DNA of 63,911 nt, counting the filler, from Octopus bimaculoides (taxonomy: Eukaryota), in the NCBI RefSeq assembly GCF_001194135.2. It is 8 parts of 7 records of this genome, joined end to end, with 100 filler letters (N's around TTAATTAATTAA, not from the genome) between each part and the next. Parts side by side here need not be neighbours in the genome. Positions count along the whole stretch, not along the records: positions 48,663 to 51,084 come from NW_026387212.1; positions 51,185 to 56,938 come from NC_068991.1; positions 57,039 to 59,448 come from NC_068991.1; positions 59,549 to 62,785 come from NW_026360756.1; positions 62,886 to 63,911 come from NC_068981.1; 3 more parts are not named here. One strand, 5' to 3'. How positions within the stretch are numbered: position 1 is the first letter of the stretch; each line of letters opens with the position of its first letter. Positions 49,898 to 63,127 of this stretch are shown piece by piece. The translations under genes were made by a program, and so were the position numbers. The notes beneath the pieces are model-generated. The model was not told the DNA's origin. It saw nothing but the letters and a program-made list of their open reading frames with translations, and did no database searches.

Positions 49898-51084
49898 GTT
49901 TAATTTCTTCACACACATGCACACACGTATACATATATATATGTATATACATATGTGTGTGTGTATATATATGTATATACATACGTGCATACATAGTTTA
50001 AAAATACTCTGAGATAATACTACTGGAAGCTTACATTTTTACATATATATTTGGAGTTTTATTGAATATATATATATATATATTTACATATATATATATA
50101 ATTTGGATTTAACCCATGTCGCTCCAAACTTTGTCGCGATGCATGTGGCCTAACGTGTCTACCTCGGAACAGGATTACCTAGGTAAGCCCCTTTTATGTT
50201 GTTTTTACTCTTTTTTTTTGTTCTTTTTTTAATTTTTTTTATTAAAATGGGTTTTACCCACACACACGGAAAAAAATAAAAGAATATAATTATTTGTTGA
50301 TGACGTTATTTAAAATATGTCTGCCCCTTACTTCAAACATGCACTCTATCCACTTTGATTTTTACATTTTACTTAGATTTCCTGATGTAACTATCGGTCA
50401 TATATGAAAAACCCGAATCGATATAAATACATATACTAACGGCTATGGTTCAAAGGTTTCATTTCGTTGTCTCTCGTCAGTCTAGAAGTAGCTACCAAAC
50501 CTCCCTCAAATCCCTGCCTACTCTTTTATGAACTGACACACTGGATAATATATTACGGAGTACACAGCTACTGGAAGGGGTGCGAAGCTCATAAGATGCC
50601 ATTAATCATACGTCTGCTCGTTCAAAAGTAACGTAGGGCTAAATGCTAACCCCACCACCACCACCACCACCACAACAACAACAACAACAACAACAACAAT
50701 AATAACAGCGATTATAACAACAATAACAACTCTATTTTATGCCCTAACTAAACATATAATAAATTATTTACTTTTAATTTAGCTGCAAGTAAGCCGTAAC
50801 TGAGCGGACATGATCACAAGCATTCCATCCGTAACAATTCGGTCTTTTTTAGGACAATAGAACGTGATTTAAAAGAAATTACGTTGCTGTATTTAGGGGA
50901 TCGAGCAAAGCAATCAAATAGAAGTGCTTTCAGGATTCAAAAAATGTTATTTGTTTAACAGAGCATCAGTTGTTGTTTAGTCTCGAGTCTACCCTAAATT
51001 GACTAACTACGTTGAAATACTTCCCGCGCGTGACCATCTTGCACTTTTCTATATTTATCACATCATTATTCAAAGTATCGTTCA

Positions 51085-51184
51085 NNNNNNNNNNNNNNNN
51101 NNNNNNNNNNNNNNNNNNNNNNNNNNNNTTAATTAATTAANNNNNNNNNNNNNNNNNNNNNNNNNNNNNNNNNNNNNNNNNNNN
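51085..51184. other. Artificial scaffold-join spacer 4
   Basis: 44 N + TTAATTAATTAA (51129-51140) + 44 N. Confidence 0.95.
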
Positions 51185-51219
<35 letters not shown>

Positions 51220-51739
51220 CCTGTCTTTCTCTGTCACCTTCCTCCCACTAAGGCGGTATCATTCTTTTTCGCGTTGCCTTCGTCCGGACAGGTCACGATT
51301 TTCTGTCCTCCTCGCTCTAAACCCTCCCATGTTTATAGTCCTTTGGGACAGTTTTTTTCCTTCTTCGCGTTACCCATTTTTGTCTTGTCTTGCAACCCTA
51401 AGGCTTTTTTTTTTAATGTATATGTATTATTATCATTTTAATTGTTGTCTTCGTGTGGCTTTAAGCTTTTATTCTGTTTATTGTTTTGTCCTTCGTCCGT
51501 CCACTAACGGTCTTGTTTCGAGCCCGTCTCGTTTTGTTATGTTTTGGTCCCATTCTCGGCAAGTTTCTTGCCGGTACCTCCAGAGTGGAAACAATATTAT
51601 CAATAGTGGCCGAAATTGCGCTTGACCCTCTGACCGATAACTGAAGGGGAGTTGGTGACCTACTGTGTTTTCCGTTCGTCTGTGCATTTAGTATATGTTC
51701 GTATGTTTATTTACAACACGTTTTTTTAAAAATTATATA

Positions 51740-52696
51740 CAGGGATTGGACAAAATAATAGAAACATCTTAAAATTTCTAACAAATTTATTTTTAAATGG
51801 GATAGGACCGCTTTTGGCAGTAATTACAGCTTGAATTCTACGAGGTATGAACTCATACAAAGTTTGAATTGTTTCCAAAGGAATTTTTGTCCATTCTTCA
51901 GCTAAAACGGTCTCCAGTTCTTATAGTGATGATGATGGAGGATATCAACTTCTTACTTGTTTTTCTAAAATGCACCATAAATGTTAAAAAATAATGAGAT
52001 CTGGGGACTGTGGTGGCCAGATAAGATGTTCAACTTCACTAGAATGTTCCTCGTGCCATTCAGTAACAACTTTAGCTCTGTGAACTGGTGCATTATCGTC
52101 CTGAAAGATCGCGTTTCTCTCTGGAAACAGTTCCGCAACCATAGGATGAATTTGATCAGATAGAATGCTTAAATAGTCTTGACTATTAATTCTGCCATGA
52201 AGGGAAACTGTTGGGCCGGCGGATTTCCAAGATATTGCTCCCCCACCACTAGATCATTACAGATCCTCCTCCATGTTTAACAGTTCGAAGAAGGCAGTCT
52301 AGGTTAAATGCCTCTTTTGGTTGTCTCCACACAGTGGTCAGAAATAAAGTAAAAGATGACTCGTCTGAGAAAATAATATTCTTCCACTGCTCTAGGGAAC
52401 AATTCTGTAGGTTTTTATTCCACTCTAAACGCTTTGCAATGTTTGTTTCTGAAAGAAGTGATTTTCTGATTGCAGCCCTCCCATGAAATCCGGCTTTGTG
52501 CAGCTCCCGGCGAACAGATTTTGTGGAAACTGGGCTCTTGTGGTGGTCATTAAGCTCCGTAGTAATTTTGGGAGCTGTACTTTTGTGATCCTTTCTAACA
52601 ATTTGCGTAAGAGTCCGACAGTCGCTATCTGAAAGGTTTGGTTTTCTTCCGGAGTTTTGTTTCGACGAGGAGGTTTTTCCCTCTTTCTCAAGGGTT
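51740..52696 (-). mobile_element. Decayed Tc1-like transposon, 3' part (5' part in gap)
   Basis: TA-flanked terminus CAGGGATTGGACAAAATAATAGAAAC; minus-strand IIFSDESSF, TVKHGGGSVM and QSPDL motifs. Confidence 0.8.
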
Positions 52697-53298
52697 NNNN
52701 NNNNNNNNNNNNNNNNNNNNNNNNNNNNNNNNNNNNNNNNNNNNNNNNNNNNNNNNNNNNNNNNNNNNNNNNNNNNNNNNNNNNNNNNNNNNNNNNNNNN
52801 NNNNNNNNNNNNNNNNNNNNNNNNNNNNNNNNNNNNNNNNNNNNNNNNNNNNNNNNNNNNNNNNNNNNNNNNNNNNNNNNNNNNNNNNNNNNNNNNNNNN
52901 NNNNNNNNNNNNNNNNNNNNNNNNNNNNNNNNNNNNNNNNNNNNNNNNNNNNNNNNNNNNNNNNNNNNNNNNNNNNNNNNNNNNNNNNNNNNNNNNNNNN
53001 NNNNNNNNNNNNNNNNNNNNNNNNNNNNNNNNNNNNNNNNNNNNNNNNNNNNNNNNNNNNNNNNNNNNNNNNNNNNNNNNNNNNNNNNNNNNNNNNNNNN
53101 NNNNNNNNNNNNNNNNNNNNNNNNNNNNNNNNNNNNNNNNNNNNNNNNNNNNNNNNNNNNNNNNNNNNNNNNNNNNNNNNNNNNNNNNNNNNNNNNNNNN
53201 NNNNNNNNNNNNNNNNNNNNNNNNNNNNNNNNNNNNNNNNNNNNNNNNNNNNNNNNNNNNNNNNNNNNNNNNNNNNNNNNNNNNNNNNNNNNNNNNNN

Positions 53299-53408
53299 AG
53301 TATATTGCGGGTTTCTGCAACCGATAAGTATTTATATTTATTTAGATTTTAATTTTTTTCTGTGAGAGGTTTTGGAACGTAACACCCGCGATAGCCGAGG
53401 GATTGCTG
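53299..53408 (+). mobile_element. pogo-like MITE, right end
   Basis: Matches 34070-34177; ends GAGGGATTGCTG-TA. Confidence 0.75.
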
Positions 53409-53414
53409 TATATA

Positions 53415-53750
53415 TAGGCGCAAGCGTGGCTATGTGGTAAGAAGCTTGCTTCGCAGCCACATTGTTCCGGTTTCAGTCCCACTGCCTGGCATCGTGGGCA
53501 AGTGTCTTCTACTATGGCCACGGTGAATTTGGCTGACTGAAACTGAAAGAAGCCCGTCGTATATATACATATAGATATATGTGTGTGCATGTATATATTT
53601 GTGTGTGTGCCTTTATGTCTGTGTTTATCCCCACCCCCACCCCACCATCACCGCATGACAACCGCTGTTGGTGTGCTTACATCCCCGTAACATTAGCGGT
53701 TTGGCAAAATGTGGCGAATACGATAAATACTAGGCTTAAAAATATATATA
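53415..53750 (+). mobile_element. SINE family B
   Basis: GGCGCAAGCGTGGCTATGTGGTAAGAAGC head and core. Confidence 0.8.
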
Positions 53751-53905
53751 TAAACTAAGTCCTGAGTCGTTTCTAGCTTTGTTGTCAAAGTTCTTTCGTT
53801 ATACATCATGTGATCTCTTCAACGATTTTCTATTCTACGTGTCTCCTCTTGTTCTGCTTATACCAAATGAAATAAGTGGCAAAATATAATCATCCCCAAA
53901 TGTAA

Positions 53906-53959
<54 letters not shown>

Positions 53960-54588
53960 NNNNNNNNNNNNNNNNNNNNNNNNNNNNNNNNNNNNNNNNN
54001 NNNNNNNNNNNNNNNNNNNNNNNNNNNNNNNNNNNNNNNNNNNNNNNNNNNNNNNNNNNNNNNNNNNNNNNNNNNNNNNNNNNNNNNNNNNNNNNNNNNN
54101 NNNNNNNNNNNNNNNNNNNNNNNNNNNNNNNNNNNNNNNNNNNNNNNNNNNNNNNNNNNNNNNNNNNNNNNNNNNNNNNNNNNNNNNNNNNNNNNNNNNN
54201 NNNNNNNNNNNNNNNNNNNNNNNNNNNNNNNNNNNNNNNNNNNNNNNNNNNNNNNNNNNNNNNNNNNNNNNNNNNNNNNNNNNNNNNNNNNNNNNNNNNN
54301 NNNNNNNNNNNNNNNNNNNNNNNNNNNNNNNNNNNNNNNNNNNNNNNNNNNNNNNNNNNNNNNNNNNNNNNNNNNNNNNNNNNNNNNNNNNNNNNNNNNN
54401 NNNNNNNNNNNNNNNNNNNNNNNNNNNNNNNNNNNNNNNNNNNNNNNNNNNNNNNNNNNNNNNNNNNNNNNNNNNNNNNNNNNNNNNNNNNNNNNNNNNN
54501 NNNNNNNNNNNNNNNNNNNNNNNNNNNNNNNNNNNNNNNNNNNNNNNNNNNNNNNNNNNNNNNNNNNNNNNNNNNNNNNNNNNNNNNN

Positions 54589-54652
<64 letters not shown>

Positions 54653-54729
54653 AAAGCAAGGAGGTGGGGGAATCGCACTTCACCCCCTACAAGGGGAATT
54701 ACAAACATTTAGACATATATAGACACAAT

Positions 54730-56050
54730 TTGGAAATTTCCCCGTAAATGCAAACAAAACCTTCGTAGAAGAAAAGGAAGCCTCACTAACACTGAAGAAT
54801 GACAATTCAATCATCCTAAAAGAAACCGATAAAGGAGGAGTGATAGTAATCATGGACAAAGACTACTATAAAGATAAAATATTGGAAATTCTAACAGACC
54901 AAATCTACTACAAGGAAGAACCAAGACACTCGGAAAAAAATAATGAGTAAAATCAATACACTAATTAATGAATACCAAGATTCCTCCACAGCCAAAGAGA
55001 AGGATTATTTATGCAACTCTGTAATCAAAGAGAACAATCTCTACGGATTGCCCATAATTCACAAAAACCTCGAAATACAGAGAGCCATAAATGAGCAGAA
55101 GAACCAATACATAAAAATACTAAGACCTACTGACTTTAAACTGAGACCAATAGTTGCTGGACTTCAAAGTATCAACACAACAACCGAGTCACTTTTTGGA
55201 CATAGTCCTAAAATCTTTATGTCCATTAATACCCAGTTATATACGGGACGGCATAGATTTCCTCCAGCATATTCCACTCACTGTCCCAGAAGGTATTATA
55301 CTTACAAGCTTTGATGTCACCAATCTTTATATCAATATAACTCACACTTTGGGCCTGGAAGCAGTCAAACACTGGGTAGAGAAATATAGATGAATGAACG
55401 CTTCAAAACTGATTTCATCGCCAAGGCCACACACCTGTTACTAGAAGAAAACATCTTTAAATTCGATAATAAAACATATCGACAGTACGGCTATGGGGAC
55501 GAGGTTTCTGTTGTAAATGTGGAGTTGAGTATTTTTTATGTTAATATCCAGGAATGGTAAATCATTGCAACTGGATTCTGTCGTGAATTTGATGGATGGG
55601 TGAAGTGTGTTGAGTATATTATTAAATATTTGTAGGTCTTCATTTGATTTGTCCCAAACGATGAAGCAGTCATCGAGGAGGCGTTTCCACTTTTTTATAA
55701 CGTGTTTCTTGTTATCCTGATTAAAACCTCTCTTTATTTCCTCATAAAGCTTTTCTTCCAAGTATCTCATGACTAGGTTAGCGTATGAAGGTGCAAACCG
55801 CGTCCCCAACTGCAAAGAAAATTACATTGGCGAAACAAACAATACCCTCTGCAAACGTGCAAGAATCCACAGACAACACATCCGACAAGAGGAATTGTGC
55901 AAGATTCCACTGAACAAGAATCTAGAAATATACGGTGGAGGTAAGTTCAAAATCTTTCCCTTTTACAAATGTTCTATAGATGACTCAAAATTCCGAAAGC
56001 AATGGAGCTACACTTCATCAAAAAATTCTCTCCAAAATTAAAGAGAAGCA
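54730..56050 (+). mobile_element. Decayed Penelope-like element (RT plus GIY-YIG endonuclease) with an internal inversion
   Basis: KETDKGGVIVIMDK, LYGLPIIHK, LRPIV, SFDVTNLY; inverted GTRFAPSYANL...RLLDDCF; CPNCKENYIGET. Confidence 0.9.
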
Positions 56051-56938
56051 GAACTATATTTTTATTATATATATATAACAAAGGGATTTTGACAACTGTT
56101 GTTCTTATAGAACTTACATATAGCCGAGAAAGAATACTAGAACTATTTTACCACTGATTAGGAAAGCTATCTAATGTAGCTACTTGGCAAAGTAATTCGT
56201 GGAAAAGATCTCTCCTGAATTCTATTATCCAAGCAAGAAAAAGAAAAATGAATCTTACAAAAAGATGAAAGATATGAAAAAAATTATATTTAAGCAGGCT
56301 CTGCTATATTATATAATTTATATCCTACAGAGTGGCTTCCAGCTAAATATACAATATACGCACAAAACTTATTTATGAGATTTGATTAAATGTACATAGA
56401 GAATTGATTGAATTATAAACAGTTCCAAATTAATTATTTATATTCTGACTTTATTTTCCGAATTTATGACCATTGTACTAATATTTACTGCTTGTTCATG
56501 CAAAACTTAGAATTACACAGACTATGGAACTTGGCTATACAGTGTAAGGGAATAAACATTTTCATAGGACTTTGAACTCCTTTTTATTTTTCAGGGATGA
56601 CTGCACCCTCCCCACTTTTCTTATTTCTTCCATCCTACTTCCTAAAATTGACATCTTTGAAAGGTCACTAGCCCTTGTAAGAAAGCGTGTTTTTTGTGAG
56701 AAAATATGTTGATAGGTAAACAATGGAAAGAAAAAAGAAAGGAGAACGAAAAAATGCTTTGTAATGAAATTTCAATAAATTCACCATATCAAATTGAAAA
56801 GAAACTTCTCACTCTATCTCTCTCTCTCTCTTTCTCTCTCTTTTTCTATCTCTCTATCTGTCACCATCCTTTATTATCATTTTTTTCTCCTCTTTCTTTA
56901 TTGTCCTGAAACCTCTTTCTATCTAGCTATTCCCCACC

Positions 56939-57038
56939 NNNNNNNNNNNNNNNNNNNNNNNNNNNNNNNNNNNNNNNNNNNNTTAATTAATTAANNNNNN
57001 NNNNNNNNNNNNNNNNNNNNNNNNNNNNNNNNNNNNNN
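56939..57038. other. Artificial scaffold-join spacer 5
   Basis: 44 N + TTAATTAATTAA (56983-56994) + 44 N. Confidence 0.95.
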
Positions 57039-57443
57039 ATTTATATAAATGAGGATAAGATCAATATTGAAAACATCGATTTTATCAAGTGGCCAGCATG
57101 GGAATAAAAACCATCAAAGGTAATAATTATTTAAAATTATAATTTAGGGTATCTAAGAGACACCACCACACACTGAAAATAGCAGTCAAAGCTTGTCTCT
57201 AAAACCACAATAAATGTTAATATAGCGCCAAGAGAGAAGACGAAGAGACAAAATAAACTAGCAAAAATTACTGGATAATTCCAGATCTCGGATTTCTGGC
57301 TCTGCATAAGAAATGCTTTGCCTCATCAGTGGAATATACACTGAAAAGCACATAAATACAAATATATATATATATATATATACATCATACGATATACTTA
57401 CATATACGAACGTATACATACATATATATGCATGTATGCACAC

Positions 57444-57592
57444 GGCCAGTTTATATTTCCCGCCTGGTCAGAATATATTACCGCAGTAAATATAACGAGG
57501 AAGTAAATATATAAATATATTTACTGCGGTGATGGTGATATATTCTGACCATATCGCACGAGGAGTTTTTAGGCAGGCAATGGAAACTGGTC
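57444..57592. repeat. Imperfect palindrome or MITE-like hairpin
   Basis: GGTCAGAATATAT/ATATATTCTGACC and ACCGCAGTAAATATA/TATATTTACTGCGGT arms. Confidence 0.7.
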
Positions 57593-58079
57593 GTCTGCAT
57601 ACGTGCATATATATGTATGTATACATTCGTATATGTAAGTATATTGTATGTTGTATGTATATATATATATATATNNNNNNNNNNNNNNNNNNNNNNNNNN
57701 NNNNNNNNNNNNNNNNNNNNNNNNNNNNNNNNNNNNNNNNNNNNNNNNNNNNNNNNNNNNNNNNNNNNNNNNNNNNNNNNNNNNNNNNNNNNNNNNNNNN
57801 NNNNNNNNNNNNNNNNNNNNNNNNNNNNNNNNNNNNNNNNNNNNNNNNNNNNNNNNNNNNNNNNNNNNNNNNNNNNNNNNNNNNNNNNNNNNNNNNNNNN
57901 NNNNNNNNNNNNNNNNNNNNNNNNNNNNNNNNNNNNNNNNNNNNNNNNNNNNNNNNNNNNNNNNNNNNNNNNNNNNNNNNNNNNNNNNNNNNNNNNNNNN
58001 NNNNNNNNNNNNNNNNNNNNNNNNNNNNNNNNNNNNNNNNNCGTTTCTGCCAGCTCGCCTATACACACATAATATGTGC

Positions 58080-58307
58080 TATTTCTTTACTACCCACAAG
58101 GGGCTACACACAGAGGGGACAAACAAGGACAGACAAACGGATTAAGTCGATTATATCGACCCCAGTGCGTAACTGGTAATTATTTAATCGACCCCGAAAG
58201 GACGAAAGGCAAAGTCGACCTCGGTGGAATTCGAACTCGGAACGTAGCGGCAGACGAAATACCGCTAAGCATTTCGCCTGGTGTGCTAACGTTTCTGCCA
58301 GCTCGCC
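58080..58307 (-). mobile_element. SINE family A, full length
   Basis: Reverse complement of the family consensus; flanked by direct repeats. Confidence 0.9.
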
Positions 58308-58724
58308 TATACACACATAATATGTGCGCGCGCACACACACATATATATATTTGACATCACTCGAGAAAAATTTTTGATTGAGACAGAGAATATAAACAT
58401 GTGTACTTACATTCTGTGTCTAAATTAAACGTCCTTTTCGATTGATGCCAAATGTTTTTTTATTTTTTTATTTCTTACTTCATTCTATACCTACTCGTTC
58501 AAGAAGAGACTACTTCTAACCACCTCTGATAAGCAATCTCAACATCACACTTTTGTAGTTCAAACCGGAGGTTTTGTGGTAAATCAAACTGAGCACTTAT
58601 GTTACATATCTATTACATTGCGTTAGTAACGAAAATTCCTTGTGTATTCTGTGTACACACAAACACACACACACACACACACACGCACCCCACACCCCCA
58701 CAGCCACACCCACGCACGCACGCA

Positions 58725-59020
58725 GTCTACGTCACAGTTGACATGGAAATTATGTGTGCTTGTTAGTATTTTTCGGGTTTTCACATCAATGGATCGGATT
58801 TTATCAAGCGCCCAATCAAGCAGCCCAAATGTTGGTATGAGTACTGACACTGCAAACACATTGTGGGTCACTGTTTTGTTGAATACAGAGTTCTGAGGTC
58901 CAAATTTTCTTTATTCGGCTGTAATATTCTTTAGTGACATTGTAAGATATGCTTTCATCCAGCCCTAGATACTTGTAACATTCCTCGTCAGATATATAGG
59001 AAATCATTGATGGAAATGTT
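58725..59020 (-). mobile_element. R4/Dong-clade LINE fragment
   Basis: YKYLGLDE, VTKEYYSRIKKIWTSEL, FAVSVLIPTFGLLDW, IDVKTRKILT..NFH. Confidence 0.8.
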
Positions 59021-59154
59021 GCTACTCTGGTTTATAGTTTTCTCCCTTTTCATAACCATATAACAACATTTATTCAGACCAAACTTCAACCTTACATCCT
59101 TTGAGAATGTTGTAACTAGGTCAAAGCTCTTTTTCATCTCATGTATATTTTTTG

Positions 59155-59155
59155 C

Positions 59156-59186
<31 letters not shown>

Positions 59187-59270
59187 TGTATGTATGTTCT
59201 TATTTTTAATTATTTGAGACAGTGAAGTGTCGTTGCTAACAAAGATACAAAGCTCCATTGTTCGAAAACA
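59155..59270 (-). mobile_element. Diverged 3' end of the R4-clade family with (CATA)n tail
   Basis: Reverse complement TTGTATCTTTGTTAGCAAC...ATAATTAAAAATAAGAACATACATAC. Confidence 0.55.
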
Positions 59271-59408
59271 GATATAAAAAACAATGTTAACCTCGCGCGC
59301 GCGTATGTATGTATGTATGTATGTATGTATGTATGTATGTATGTATGTGTATCTGTATATGTATATGTATGCGTTTATCTATAAATTTAACAAGTAACCT
59401 GTTTGTAT

Positions 59409-59439
<31 letters not shown>

Positions 59440-59448
59440 AATATATAT

Positions 59449-59548
59449 NNNNNNNNNNNNNNNNNNNNNNNNNNNNNNNNNNNNNNNNNNNNTTAATTAA
59501 TTAANNNNNNNNNNNNNNNNNNNNNNNNNNNNNNNNNNNNNNNNNNNN
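59449..59548. other. Artificial scaffold-join spacer 6
   Basis: 44 N + TTAATTAATTAA (59493-59504) + 44 N. Confidence 0.95.
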
Positions 59549-60429
59549 CCTTAGGTATAATAAAAAAATATTCAGACAAATACATAACAAAAACGCCATC
59601 TTATTTAACAATAAAAAATATTAAAAAATAAAATTCCTAAAAAAGGCGAGCCAAGAAACCTCACACATTCTGGGCACCCTGATCGCCAAAGAGCACGTCA
59701 TTTCCTCTGCCTACAGACGCATACTCAGCGTACGCCCATTCACATGGACTATCCTCGCCCCATTCACCTACTTTTCAGCAAAAATACTGGTGTGGAAGTA
59801 GCACTTCCCTATCCATCCTCACTTCTTTTTCAAGTGGAACTTGAAAAAGTTGATGAGGGCGTAGTTAAAGAAGAAAGTATGTTTTCAGTCCTTTTAACTT
59901 CGTCCACTATACAACCTCTTTCGTCATAGCCACAAGACAAAGGAAACTGCCTGCCTTTTCAGCCAGATCCGCCCTACACTCGACAACAGTTGTAGAGCTT
60001 ATCTCAAACCGGCAGAGCTCCCAGGAATTTCTGAAGATTTTTCACTGGCCCTGGCTCGAAAGTCCTCTGGAAAAGACTAGCTAATTGATCTCCCCGATGC
60101 CCAGAGTTTCCTCGAAGGTGTCGTCGCTCTTGAACGACGCTAGTCCGTTATAGAACTACAAGGTGGAACTTGCTCGACTTGGCAGAAGCCGATGAGAACT
60201 TGGTGATACTTCAGGTGCCAAGCATCAAGTCTCGGTCTACGCTTAATTCAGGACAGCAGCTCCGTCAAAATGGGTAGTTAGTAATTGCATCAATGGGTAA
60301 GTAATCATGTCAGCAGTTACCGGCATTTCGTAGAATTCCGTATTTTAGCCGAAAGCGGCGGAATGCGATCGAGGTAGGAGATAAACCCCACCACCACCAC
60401 CACCACCAAAAAAAAACACTCCCTTCTCT

Positions 60430-62745
60430 GACCAGGCTGACGAGACATGAAGAAAGTGCGGAGTGGCTAACAAAGGTGGAAAGACAACTTGCAACTGTAC
60501 CACGACAAAAGGACGTCAGAATTAATCTATATACAATGAGACAGAAGTTTTTAAAAAATAACAAATTGGAAAGGACCAGGCCCGGATGGAGTACAAGACG
60601 AACTTCACGCAGTTGCATGAAAGGATCGCTAAGCAACTAGATGACTGCCTTCAGCAAGGTCACGTCCCTGCTCGGATGACAAGTGGACGAACGCTGCTAC
60701 GCCTCTGGGATCCCTTGAAAGGGAACTTGACATCAAATTTTCAACCTATAACCTGTTTGCCACTAATGTGAAAGCTTATGCCTAATATATTGGCGGAAAA
60801 GTTATACAACCATCTAGAAAGTAACAATCTACTTCTAGAAGAATAGAAAGGATGCAGGAAACAAAGTAGGACAACAAAAGATCACTTATTAGTTGATAAA
60901 ATGATAATTAGAAATTGTAGACACAGATTGATGAGACTGAATGTAGCATGGCTAGATTACAACAAAGTATATGACATGGTCCTAATTATCATTAGTAAAA
61001 CAATGAGCATGTTTAGAATAGCAAAATACATGGAGAAAATACTTAATGAAAGTATGAAACATTGGAATACTGAAGAGATCGGAGGAAAATAAAAATTCAG
61101 AAAAGTGAACATAAGATGTGGAATATTCCGAGGTGATAGCTTATCTCCATTACTATTCGTATTGTCCATATACCGCTCACTATGATACTATGAAAAGTTA
61201 AAATCGCTTACGATTTGGGAAAAGGAAATGGTCAGATAAATTATCTTCTTTTCATGGATGATATAAAGGCTTATGCGAAAAATGAGAAACAGCTTGAAAG
61301 TTTTGTACATACTATCCACATTTTCTCAAATGATGCAGGTATGGAATTTGGGATAAAAAAGTGTGCTATATTGAAAATGAAACGAGGAAGATTTGGAAGA
61401 ATCCAGGGAATTGAAATGCCAAACGAGCAAACAACGAGAGCGGTTGAAAAAGGTATAAGTAATTGAGAAGCAGACAAAATAAAAAATAAAGAAATGAAAC
61501 AAATTACCAGTGGAGAGTACACCAGAAGAGTAAGAAAATTATCGCAGTCAAAGCTAAATTCAAAAAAATTTATTGAAGCAATAAATTCAAGAACAGTAGT
61601 CTTAATCAGATATGGAGCTGGAATTATAAACTGAAACTTGACAGAAAAACTTGGAAGTTGTATACGATGTATGGAGCCCACCATGCGAAAGCTGATATCA
61701 ACTGGCTGTACTTGAGGAGAGACCAGGGTGGAAGAGGCTTAATAGCAGTAAAAGAATATATAGAGATGGAAAGAAAAAGTCTAGTAGAGTATTTACAGAG
61801 CAGCACAGAAAAATTACTAAAGACAGTTAATATAGAACAGGTGATGAAGCGCGTAATAGGAGAAAAGGACAAGAATGAAATACAGAGAGAACACGTAAGA
61901 CAGATCGAAGAGAAACCTCTGCTTGGCTAATTTTGGAGAGTCACTGAAGACGTACGTGGAACAAAATCCTGGTCTTCGTTTAAAAAGGGGCAATTAAAAA
62001 AAGAAAGAGAGTCTAATTATAGCAGTTCAAAACCAAGCAATAATCAACAAACAACTCGAGAAAAAATATATATGAAGAGAATCTGTCACAAAAATGTAGA
62101 GCCCTGGAACGAGACAATCGCACACATTGTAGCAGAATCCCCCAAGATGGCACAGGAAGAATATTAAAAAAACGGAGGTACGACCAGGTTGTAAAAGCTT
62201 TTCACTAGAAATTGTGCCAGAAATGGGGAATTGAAGCTGGAAACACATGATACAATCATCGAGTCGAAAGAGTACTAGAGTTGGAGAAATGTAAGATTTT
62301 GTAGAACTTTCCAATTCATACGGACAAGAAGATAAAAAACAATAGACCAGATATTACAATCATAGATAAAGAAAAGCGAATGTGCTTACTTATCGACCCG
62401 TCATGCCCATTTGATTCTGGGATCATAAAGAAAGAGGAAGAAAACAAAGAAATACAATCCCATAAAATTTGAAATAGGAAGAATTTGGAGCATGCGAACA
62501 GTAAAAATCGTGCCTATAATATGGTGCGCTGGAAAGAGTAATCCAAAATATAGACAAATGGCTGAGAGAGATTGAAATAGAATGCCCGGACTGAACGTTT
62601 GTCTCTTAGGGGCAGCAAGGATTATCAGGAGGGTCCTAAGCACTTGAAAGACTGCAGAAATCTTGTGGATATATAAGGTTACAGGTAGTAACCCGTTATC
62701 CACATAATCCCTACAAGGAATAAGGTCGAACTTCATCAAAACTAA

Positions 62746-62785
<40 letters not shown>
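60430..62785 (+). mobile_element. Decayed R4/Dong-like LINE (RT, CCHC, REL endonuclease) ending in (TAA)n
   Basis: GPDG, NFQPITCLP, WLDYNKVYDMV, GIFRGDSLSPLLF, LLFMDDIK, LRRDQGGRGL, NRPDI, IDPSCPFD; (TAA)n from about 62747. Confidence 0.9.
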
Positions 62786-62885
62786 NNNNNNNNNNNNNNN
62801 NNNNNNNNNNNNNNNNNNNNNNNNNNNNNTTAATTAATTAANNNNNNNNNNNNNNNNNNNNNNNNNNNNNNNNNNNNNNNNNNNN
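62786..62885. other. Artificial scaffold-join spacer 7
   Basis: 44 N + TTAATTAATTAA (62830-62841) + 44 N. Confidence 0.95.
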
Positions 62886-63127
62886 ACATACATACATACA
62901 TCCATACATCCATACATACATCCATACATACATACATACATACATCCATCCATACATCCATCCATACATACATCCATACATCCATCCATACATACATACA
63001 TACATACATACATCCATACATACATACATACATACATCCATACATACATCCATACATACATACATCCATACATACATACATACATACATACATACATACA
63101 TACATACATACATACATACATACATAC
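62886..63127. repeat. (CATA/CATC)n tetranucleotide mosaic
   Basis: Direct inspection; source of the MYVC/MDVW ORFs. Confidence 0.95.

Noticed and set aside
50116-50187. ATG-initiated mini-exon MSLQTLSRCMWPNVSTSEQDYL-G with an AG|GTAAG donor, as a possible Scm start exon
   Set aside because: It lies downstream on a different scaffold piece and has no homology; 36290-36361 is a better in-cis candidate. It could be chance or belong to another gene.
59700-60300. GC-richer segment with coding-like texture upstream of the R4 element
   Set aside because: It has frequent stops and no recognisable motif; it may be a decayed TE region but cannot be supported.
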